From positions 141,892 to 205,891 of the forward strand of contig DF237052.1 of the NCBI GenBank assembly GCA_000708835.1: 64,000 nt of DNA. Direction: 5' to 3'. The translations under genes were made by a program, and so were the position numbers. The stretch is from Klebsormidium nitens (taxonomy: Eukaryota; Plantae; Klebsormidiophyceae). Position 1 is the first letter of the stretch. Every line of letters starts with the position of its first letter. Positions 51,398 to 61,700 of this stretch are shown one piece after another. Under the pieces are notes generated by a model. It searched no databases. It was not told where the DNA came from and saw nothing but the letters and a program-made list of their open reading frames with translations.

Positions 51398-51961
51398 NNN
51401 NNNNNNNNNNNNNNNNNNNNNNNNNNNNNNNNNNNNNNNNNNNNNNNNNNNNNNNNNNNNNNNNNNNNNNNNNNNNNNNNNNNNNNNNNNNNNNNNNNNN
51501 NNNNNNNNNNNNNNNNNNNNNNNNNNNNNNNNNNNNNNNNNNNNNNNNNNNNNNNNNNNNNNNNNNNNNNNNNNNNNNNNNNNNNNNNNNNNNNNNNNNN
51601 NNNNNNNNNNNNNNNNNNNNNNNNNNNNNNNNNNNNNNNNNNNNNNNNNNNNNNNNNNNNNNNNNNNNNNNNNNNNNNNNNNNNNNNNNNNNNNNNNNNN
51701 NNNNNNNNNNNNNNNNNNNNNNNNNNNNNNNNNNNNNNNNNNNNNNNNNNNNNNNNNNNNNNNNNNNNNNNNNNNNNNNNNNNNNNNNNNNNNNNNNNNN
51801 NNNNNNNNNNNNNNNNNNNNNNNNNNNNNNNNNNNNNNNNNNNNNNNNNNNNNNNNNNNNNNNNNNNNNNNNNNNNNNNNNNNNNNNNNNNNNNNNNNNN
51901 NNNNNNNNNNNNNNNNNNNNNNNNNNNNNNNNNNNNNNNNNNNNNNNNNNNNNNNNNNNNN
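51398..51961. other. Assembly gap (N run)
   Basis: N run next to two MITE copies. Confidence 0.99.
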
Positions 51962-52056
51962 CGCGGGCGGCGGTACCTACTGTATAGATGATGCATGGAA
52001 TGATGGATGGAGGATCATGGATAGGTACGCGCCGTAGTACGGCCCGTACAATCCTA

Positions 52057-52141
52057 TTCAGTAAGAAACGGGCAGTAGGTATATTGGTGCCGCCGTACAG
52101 TATGACTGACGGTACTCTTTTTCAGTAAGAAACGGGCAGTA
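52057..52141 (+). repeat. 21-bp perfect direct repeat, 64-bp period
   Basis: TTCAGTAAGAAACGGGCAGTA at 52057-52077 and 52121-52141, each followed shortly by ATATTGGT. Confidence 0.75.
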
Positions 52142-52926
52142 TATTGGTATACCTAGGTACCGTGTTGCCACATTGGTCCTGACTCCTCATGGATGCCTTT
52201 TCTATCGGTTGAAAAGGCATCTTCCTCCTGGAGGCTGAAGTTTACTGACTTACGTAACCCCAGGGTTACCGCAGAATTGCTATATACGCATTAGAGGCGA
52301 GTTCAAGGTAACTCGAGCTATGTAACTAACCGTATGTAGCTGGCCTAACTTTTTTCACGCCAAGCCAGGCGCTATCCATGCTTTGAACTGGGTTCAGCTC
52401 TTCAGCTCAGCTGAGTTCAACAAATTAATTTCTTACTGACCTTGACACTCTGGAGTCTGGAGTCTGGCAACTCTGTGAGGCTTGAGCAAGTATTCAATCC
52501 ATCAATGTAGGTACTTCTTCGTTGTAGGTAGGTACGTACTACCTTTTGTTGTTGGAACATCAGGTTGGTTCAATTGTTGGAAACTTCTCTGTTTGTTCTT
52601 CACTGAAGTCTGAAGCCTGAAGTGTGGTATAGAAGTGTGGTATAGTGGCGGCATTTCCCCGGATTTTTTCCTACCATTCGTAACGCCAGTCGGCCATACA
52701 TATAACATGCTGGATCACGTCGCAACATAGCGTTTCACTTAGGGTGAACACAAAACAGCGTCTGACATGCATTTTCTGACAGGTACGTACCGGAGATGGT
52801 ATGTCCTTCATCGCGCGACAAAAGGCTATTGGTATGTACCGCGGTATTAATGCATTTCAGTGCCACGTGTTCAGCTAGTTAAGCAACTCTAGTTACACAA
52901 ACCAGTCTCTTAACCTGAATACAGCG

Positions 52927-53834
52927 NNNNNNNNNNNNNNNNNNNNNNNNNNNNNNNNNNNNNNNNNNNNNNNNNNNNNNNNNNNNNNNNNNNNNNNNNN
53001 NNNNNNNNNNNNNNNNNNNNNNNNNNNNNNNNNNNNNNNNNNNNNNNNNNNNNNNNNNNNNNNNNNNNNNNNNNNNNNNNNNNNNNNNNNNNNNNNNNNN
53101 NNNNNNNNNNNNNNNNNNNNNNNNNNNNNNNNNNNNNNNNNNNNNNNNNNNNNNNNNNNNNNNNNNNNNNNNNNNNNNNNNNNNNNNNNNNNNNNNNNNN
53201 NNNNNNNNNNNNNNNNNNNNNNNNNNNNNNNNNNNNNNNNNNNNNNNNNNNNNNNNNNNNNNNNNNNNNNNNNNNNNNNNNNNNNNNNNNNNNNNNNNNN
53301 NNNNNNNNNNNNNNNNNNNNNNNNNNNNNNNNNNNNNNNNNNNNNNNNNNNNNNNNNNNNNNNNNNNNNNNNNNNNNNNNNNNNNNNNNNNNNNNNNNNN
53401 NNNNNNNNNNNNNNNNNNNNNNNNNNNNNNNNNNNNNNNNNNNNNNNNNNNNNNNNNNNNNNNNNNNNNNNNNNNNNNNNNNNNNNNNNNNNNNNNNNNN
53501 NNNNNNNNNNNNNNNNNNNNNNNNNNNNNNNNNNNNNNNNNNNNNNNNNNNNNNNNNNNNNNNNNNNNNNNNNNNNNNNNNNNNNNNNNNNNNNNNNNNN
53601 NNNNNNNNNNNNNNNNNNNNNNNNNNNNNNNNNNNNNNNNNNNNNNNNNNNNNNNNNNNNNNNNNNNNNNNNNNNNNNNNNNNNNNNNNNNNNNNNNNNN
53701 NNNNNNNNNNNNNNNNNNNNNNNNNNNNNNNNNNNNNNNNNNNNNNNNNNNNNNNNNNNNNNNNNNNNNNNNNNNNNNNNNNNNNNNNNNNNNNNNNNNN
53801 NNNNNNNNNNNNNNNNNNNNNNNNNNNNNNNNNN
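52927..53834. other. Assembly gap (N run)
   Basis: N run upstream of the globin gene. Confidence 0.99.
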
Positions 53835-54052
53835 ACGATTGTTTGCTCCGGGTAGTCAGGACACCCGATCTGTGCTACATACCGCATCACTTCGTTGGCA
53901 GCCACGTTGTCATCGACGCCCACAATGATCCGTTCACCAACCAGCTAGAACAGTCGAGGAGCCATTAAAGTGCCACCACTGAAGCGCTTACATTTCGAGC
54001 ATTTGACTGGTGACGTGAAAGCGCGAGCTTCACTAATTCGCCAACTGTGACA

Positions 54053-57000
54053 ATGGCAGGAATGGCGGCAGTTGCTGTGCCTACGGCACCCAAAGGTACG
54101 TCTTTTAGAATAGCACTAGACTGTTCTTGTTGGGGTTGAGATCCGGGCATGCAATGCCAGATGGTTCAAATTCACAAGAAACTGAGCCCCTGCAAGAAGG
54201 CACAGCGACCTAATACATTGTTGGTAGGTTGGATTGATTGACATGGATTGATTACGTGAGTTAGTGGGCAAGGATGAGGTAATCAACGTGGATATTAGAG
54301 CTTCTTTGTTGTTCCGACCAGAAAGTAACTCTCCTGACTCCTGATAGGCTGCGACATGAGAATGTGGATTTGGGTTATTATCCTCCTCTGGGTCTCCAGT
54401 GGCTACGGAGTTGCTCTTCGCCAGTTGTGTGAGAGCCTGTTACAAATGAGTCTTCTGCAAACAACATACTGCATCATAAGCAATGCTGGTCTGTTTCACT
54501 TGTTGCGGGTGCTTTTTACCTCCTGCATAGGTTCAGAAGTGGGCTCTTGGGGACAGAATAGCAAAGTACAAAGGACTGCTTGGATTGTTTCAGTCCTAGT
54601 CGAGCTAGCTGTGTATATATGAGGGTCTGTCCTGCAGTGAAGAGCTGAAACCTTGTGATGAAGGTGCATCAAGAATGGTCTGGCCTCCATTCGCAATGTG
54701 GCCCCCTATTTGTTCCCTCATCAATGTTCTTTGCCTCGATTTGGCAGGCTGCTCGTGTCTGCCAGACTGGATTGCCAGATAATACTCTCCTATTGACTAA
54801 AGCATATCGTTCTGCATCTGTGCAGCCGAGCCCGCTCCCGCAGTATGGAATGGAGTGCTTACCCAAGAGAAGGTGGGGCTCATTCAGTCATCATACGCAA
54901 AGATTGACGAGAAGATCGGCGCATTGGGCTTTGGCAAGGAGTTCTACACGGTCCTCTTCGAGATGGCACCAGCAGCCCAGGCGCTCTTCAAGTCTGGGTG
55001 AGCAGCGCTATCCTCTTACGCTGCTCAACTGCAATCTCAACTGTAGGTCTGCTTATGTCTAGTATTTGGCCTGGTTTGATAAAACTACCTGCTCACATCA
55101 TTGGAACTTGAGCCCGTCAGGTTACAAGAAGCCACCTGAGGTGTTGAACTCGAACCGAAGGGGTTTCTGAGCTGTTTCCTTCTAAGTTGCCCTCGTCTTT
55201 CAGCATGCTCAAGTCCAGCGACATGTTCACCCCTATGGTCAAGGTTAAGTCTTTGTCAATGCTTTGCCAACCGGCTCCTGAACTTCTTAAAAGGTCAACA
55301 CCAATTTCCCTTTCCCTAGACCCCTGAGGCTGAAGAGCGAAAAGGTTAAAGAGTACTTTGCCCCCTGGGCAGACTTTTTGACGGTGGAGTAACAATCGAC
55401 CTTTTCATAACCGGTTTTCTACCCTTCATCAGACCCGGTAGTTCCCGCAGGCGCGAGGCTTGAAGAAGAGGTTGCCAGCATGCTAACCACACTGCTCAGG
55501 AACACTAATGATGCTTCTACCAACTAAACCTAATCTGCCAAAGCGGCACATAAATTCTTACGAAACCCATCCCCCGATCTCAGAAGAAAAGGCGCTGACA
55601 TCCTGAGCAAGGTACTTTTGCGTCAACAGCCAACCAAACGATTCCTAACTGGCCCCTAAACCCCCCCTAAACCCGACCCCAGCCCCTGATTTTTCTGCAG
55701 GCGTGTGACCAGGGAGAAGATGTTCACCGGTACACTAACAACGCTGGTTAAGAACATTGGCGATGCAGGACCAGTCACACTTTTCCCTGACCTGGCTCCT
55801 AAACCTTTACCCAACCCACCCCTGCAGGCGCGAGGCCCAATCGAAGATGTTCGCCGGTATGCTAACCACGCTGGTTAAGAACATTGACAACGCGGACAAA
55901 GTGGTGCCCGTCCTCCAGGCCCTCGCCACCAGGCACGTGCGGTACGGAGTCAAGGAGGCTCATTTTCCGATAGTCGGGGCGGGTCTCCTGGCCACTTTGG
56001 AGAAGGTGTTGGCGACCGACTTCACCCCCCCGGTCAGGGAGGCGTGGACCGAGCTTTACGGGATCACGCAAACGGTGAGATTAGCAATGTGTTCGCCCCC
56101 TTTTGGGTGTCAATTGTGCGCAGAATTGGTGCTCGGAGCTCGACTCTTGGCCACATTGGAGAAGGTGTTGGGGCCCGATTTCAGTTCTCCGGTCAGGGAT
56201 GCGTGGACCGAGCTTTATGGCATCACGCAAACAGTAAGAACGCATCTTCACTTCCATTTCGTTTGTGTCGGTTATGCACAGACAGGAAAGTGGTCGGGGC
56301 GGATCGGACCTGGTTATTTGGAGCGCGTGTTGGGCGGCCGGTTTACGATCCCCGGTCAGGAGTGAAGGCGGACAGAGCCGTTTGGCATCACGCAAATTGG
56401 GGGAAAGTTCGCCTTACGAAATGGTGGAAATCCGGCACCTCGGTGCTCCAGGGTAATTTGTTGTTGGGTCGCTCATCATTCTTGTGATGGTCGGGATCGG
56501 ATTTTCGGTTGTTGTGGAGCACGACAAAGGACCCCGTTTGATGCCCCGCCTGAGACCGAGCTGTTCAGAATCTCACAAACCGCGAGCGTTTGCCAACCGT
56601 GCCATCCTCTCAAATCTAGTTCGTTCGAATAGTTGTGTGGCAGTCGAGGGCGGGCCTCCTGGGCGCTCAGAGAAAATTTGACGCGCTGGTTTTACCTCCT
56701 CCGGTCTTGGGCCTGACCTGACATGTGTTGCTTCACGACGGAAATGAGTATCCCCGTCCGTTTTTTTGCTTTTTGGTCGTTGGTTCTGTTTCTGGTTTTC
56801 CCCGTTTGCTTGTCGGCTTTCCTGACCGTTTCCACTCCGTCCTAACGTCCAATAGAGACCTTCTCTTAGACCCTCGACGCAGATTCTGTGCTCTTCTCTG
56901 GCCAACTTGCTATGGTACGAGGATTGCGCACGGTTCTTCTTTTTTCCTTCTGAACTCCCCTTGTGATTGTGAATCCCAAGCAGCTCTTGACAGAAGTCTG

Positions 57001-57449
57001 CTCTCATGAGCAGTAGGACCCTAGCGCTCACGGTCTGCTAACGTGCAATTCTGGTTGTTGTGAAAGCGGACTCAGGTTTGATAAATTTCCAGTGTGAAGG
57101 CGAGAGTATGAGAACGTTCAAAGCGCCAAATTACGGTCGCGCTTTAGAAGCCATGGCGCTTACTTCAAAGGGTCCGTATCGACTGACACTCAGGCCAAAA
57201 GCCCTTTCCAATACATGGGGGAACAGGTACCTATTTGCGGATCGAAGATACCTGAAACATTTTGATTATATATACCGTCCTATGCTAGAGCGACGGATGT
57301 GCAATGAGTAAGACTAAGCTGCGCTCCTCTCATCGGTGACGCTACAATCTGCCGCGCTTCTCATCGCTGACGTCACAATCTGTCGCTCTCCTTTCTAGGT
57401 GATGTGGGCCAAGATGGAGGAGGTGATCCAGGGAAAGCCTGCAGAGTAA
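54053..57449 (+). CDS. Single-domain 3/3 globin resembling flavohemoglobin/Vitreoscilla-type globin domains, 4 exons, 170 aa
   Basis: Exons 54053-54095 (first exon less certain), 54826-54997, 55828-56074, 57399-57449 (513 nt, in frame). Motifs: KEFYTVLFEMAPAAQALF (TyrB10, PheCD1 14 residues later), AQSKMF (Gln at E7), LATRHVRYGVKEAHFPIVGAGLL (proximal HisF8), VREAWTELYG. Confidence 0.88.
55440..56720 (+). repeat. Echo copies on both sides of globin exon 3 (two acceptor copies upstream, about four donor-end copies downstream)
   Basis: CAG|GCG.G...ATGCTAACCAC/ACACTAACAACGCTGGTTAAGAACATTG at 55450 and 55700 (true 55827). TTGGAGAAGGTGTTG...CCGGTCAGGGA.GCGTGGACCGAGCTTTA.GG.ATCACGCAAAC.|GT is repeated ending at 56233, with more decayed copies to about 56720. 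Confidence 0.85.
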
Positions 57450-58793
57450 CGCGGGCTGACGTCCGCAAGTCTAGAGGGGGATTATGCCGGGGCGGATCCG
57501 GATTGCGTAGTATGTGTTGTTGAGGATCATGAAAGTTCCCACGAAGGTTCAATTATTCAGGGACGTTCTTGGCGAGCGCGCGCATGATAGGCTCTAGCTA
57601 GCAAGATTGAAATTAACGTACGAACCTGCATAGGGGCCTCACCCCGCAGCCGGCTCAAGTATTGCTTTGATGTGTTGCATGATTAACCGCCTGGGAAAGG
57701 CAAGGACATTGAGAATTGAGCAATCAGATTGCCCAGCCATGGAGCTAGCAGAAATACAGATTGAAGCGTGATTTGTCAATAGTGGCTTAACTTGAACCTG
57801 CACCAGCACGTTCGAGATCTTTGGCTGATAACAGCACAATTTGCATGGCAGACTTGATCTGCTCCTAACGTGAGATTGATCGAGCTTTTCAAGGATCGAA
57901 CTAGGCAATACTTTTCCTTGGTCGCGATGGATCCACGACGTAAAGACTTTTCAATTCGATCAGATGCATGCAGGACGTTTGCGGCCACCAGCCTGGCCGC
58001 CACGTCGGACTTACATGTGTATGACTCATCAATGTGATAAGTTGCTGGCCGGGCCATGCATGGTTTCCGGCGTTGTACGTATTGGCATGCAGTGTTTATA
58101 CTTTAAGGCGCGCCGCGGCGGCTCCATATGCCACAATCACGCACTAGTCGTCGAATTAGCAATCCGACTGCGGAGTTCCTTCCAAGTTTATGCACGTTGA
58201 TAGAAAGCTTCTGTAGAGCCTGCCCATGATATGTGACGGCCGGGAGAGTATCACGGGCTGCATCAAACTCCGACATGCGCGGGCGCGCAGTACGTGCATA
58301 TTGTTTCGACACCCATATGATCCTCAGAACTAGACGCTTCCAGGTAGTAGCTTGCAGTGGCAAAGGCCGTATATAACGGTGACGATTCTGGCTGGTTGGC
58401 GACCCTCGATTCCGATCAGTTGCAAGAGGGCCAATGAGTAGGATACAGACTACACGTACGGATCAAGAGTCCGATCAAAAGAGTAAAAATCTACAAAATC
58501 GCAATCGCCTGCCAGGCTGCCCGATCAAAAAAGTTGTGGCCATCTATGTAGCCAAATGAGGGGCTCACAGTTTCGCACATGGTCAAGCGGCTTATCTTTT
58601 TTGGGTACCGAAGCCTACACCCCACTTACATTCGGCTTTACCGTACTCGCGTCCATCACCATCAGAAACCTACTCCATATTTTACAAAGAGACTTTTGAG
58701 CAATCGTAACGGTCTACTTTATCTCTGAACTCCCACTTAACCCGAAACGACGTTATGTGCCACCCCATCAGGATCGTCCCTTATACGCACTCT

Positions 58794-61700
58794 TCACCAT
58801 TTTTCCTTCCAGGGTCGCAGGTCTAGTTCGTGGCTCCACGCGCTCCGTGGCTGGCAGTGTATCCGCCAATACGCCTCCGCAATATCTATTGGATTGAGAA
58901 CGCCGTCTTCGGCCTGATACCAAAGAAAGAAAGTCCCGTCAATCAAGACTGAAATGTGGATTATGTGTCGCTTTACGGCTCTCTCTATCAGGCGTGCTTC
59001 GGGAACGAATGCTTGACGTTTCGTAACGCGATCGGCGAATGATCGCCTATAACCAGACGGGCGCAGCGCAGCTAGACAAATTAGGTCGTGGGGGATCCTC
59101 TCATGGGAGTTTGCTTGTGGAATCGGCGCGTCTAACAGAAGAGGCTTTGTACCCCGACTCTACAAAGGCCCTTTGGTTCATGCAGACAGCAATACAGGCA
59201 GCCCAAAATGGACAGATTAAGATCCTTAGCCTGTGCTTCCGAATCCTTGGGAGCATCTCAAATCTCGACAGCCGCAAACTCACAAACTGGCGCGGTGCAA
59301 GATTTCCTTGAAAGCAGTTGCACGTCAAAAAAGAAACTGAACACTGAGAAAATTACATTGGCTATACAGCCGATCCTTGCAGCTTGGAACAAGGTCCGCA
59401 ATCGACTGTCGTACTTTCTACACGAAGGTCCCCTTCCTAATATCTTTTGGAAAGAGACTCGTAACACTCCTCACTTTGAGCGCCGCTGTCTCTGGGAAGT
59501 TCTCTCGGATCCAGGCGGTGTCGATCGCCCCGTCGATGACCACGTGGGCCACGTGGATGCCACGTGGCCCCAGCTCGCGGGCCATGCTCTGCGCGAGCGC
59601 TCGGAGACCGTGCTGAAGAAGACACGGAAAAAGGCGATTTCAATACAGCAACAGTAAGTGTTAGTAAAAGTTAGCTAACCAGCCTGGGACGGGTGGGGTT
59701 ACGTTGGGGGTTTAGGGCGGGAACGGGTGCGGAGCAGGTCATTTTGTGGGTTCTGATTTCAGTGTTAGTGCAGGTGCTTAACATTGCTAGAGCTTTCCAT
59801 TGCTAAGCCGAAGAGACAACGGAAAGAGCGCCCATAAGCGGGAAAGCTTTCAGTTGCGGGACTCCCGAGCAAGTGTGGCTCGAACAAGCAGCGAGCGAAC
59901 TCTTGACAAGCGGATTTCGCTGGCAATGTTTTCGAGGGGTGGTGAGCGAAGCGAAAGAGCAATACGGAGTTATGGACGCGTAAAAAGCGGCTCGCCGCCG
60001 CCTGTTTCCTCGAAGGAGCAGCAAGTGACCCGTCGAAGATCTGGCAAGGCTGGCCGTTTTCATGTAGAAGTGTACTTCCAATGCTCAAGAACAGCCGTGC
60101 TTCTCTCAAATCATTAAACTAAAGCTTCTTTGACGCTCCCCAAAAGCTGCGGAGAAGCAACACGACGACAGCAAGGCAAAACCGGGACCAGCGCTGACGT
60201 CAGTAGCGGCTCAGGTTGCTGCCTCTCATTCCGGATTCTTGCCCCAAAGAGGAACATTCTACCATCTTTCCACAGGGGTTGCTGCGAGCATGTCAGGCAT
60301 GTGAGAATCCACGTGAACACGTTTTCTATGTGATTGATAACAATCCCTCTTGACTGGTTACAATCACAGAAGGACAGACTCAAAAACCCAGAACAGCAGG
60401 AATAGAAATCGACTCATCAGTCACGGCCCCGTCGAAGTTCCAATTCTAAGGGACCACTAAGACCTGCATCCAAAATTAAAGGACCACAAAGACCTGCATC
60501 AATTTCATGCCCTAAACGTCAGGCCCCTTGACAACAGTGATGAGACCACTACAAGAGTAATTGATAAATCCACAAGTTCAGTACTTCGACAGCAGAGATC
60601 GTTACATATCGCGAAACGCCTTTCATAACAGTACCAATGGCTGGGAGTGAACACGCCTAAGTCTTATCCAATTAGGATTTATTGATAAATCTTCGGAAAC
60701 AGAATATCGTGAGCGCACCTTGGCTCCTGAAAAAGCCGCAAACCCCGGAGCCCCTCGTATGCTCGCGGTCGCACTGGTGAAGATGATTGTTCCGGCCTCC
60801 CGTTTTACCATACGCCGGGCGGCTTCTCGGCCGGTCAGAAATCCAGCGAAGCAGGCCATTTCCCACACCTGAAAAGGTTGTAAAATCCTTTCAGGACTGA
60901 AAGAAGGAGCTTTTAAGAGGGTTTCAACTTCGTTCCGGTTTCGATCCCGCTCAGTCATGCGCCGGGGCGGATTCCCACCCAACGAAGCAGGCCATCTCCA
61001 AACCTGAACTTTCAAAGATAGGCTTCTAGGACTGAGAGAAAGAGTTCGAGACGGGGATCCAGACTCGTTCTGGCGTTTCACCGTATGTCGGGCGGCTTCT
61101 CGGCCGGTTAGGAACCCGGCAAAACAGGCCATCTCCCAAACCTGAACTTCCAAAAACAAGCTTTCAGGATTGGGAGAAGAAGAGCTTTGAATGAGGGTTC
61201 CAAAACCGTTTCAGCCGCTCGTTTTACTGTGTGCCAGGCGGCTTGCCAACCGGCTAGAAACCCGGCGAAGTAGGCCCTGTCTCAAATCTGCGGGGCTCTG
61301 AAAAACAGGGTTCCGTATCTGAGAAGATAAGTATACTCGAGATTTCAAAGGTTTCGAAACCCTCAAATCCCTGGGCAGTATAAAAACGTTCAAAAAAATT
61401 TCTCTGCGGGAGGCTGGCCGAAGGGGGGTCATTTCGCAACTACAAAACTCACTCTGGCCAGTGCGTCGCTATGAAGATATGCCCGATGTCCAAGAGCCTG
61501 TCAAGCCGCGACTTACCCACTCGCTGACGTCATCGACAAAGGACTCCGTCGGAAAACAAACTAGACTTGGACTATACAAAAAGCCTGCGGACCTTTTCCT
61601 CAGTGACGCCTATATTGCTTTCAAGCCCGAGAAAGGCAGCGACGTTCTTGGGGATTGGCACGTGAAGAAAGCAGAGCGCCCAGACTGGAGAATGATCCTC

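Noticed and set aside
50688-52463. 16-bp inverted match (ACTCCAGACTCCAGAG / CTCTGGAGTCTGGAGT) as ends of a 1.8-kb element
   Set aside because: It is built from a 7-mer repeat, does not extend outward, has no TSD and has a gap between the two matches.
54356-54622. Hydrophobic 88-aa ORF resembling a signal peptide
   Set aside because: It lies in globin intron 1 under my model, has no splice links or homology, and T-rich introns give hydrophobic chance ORFs.
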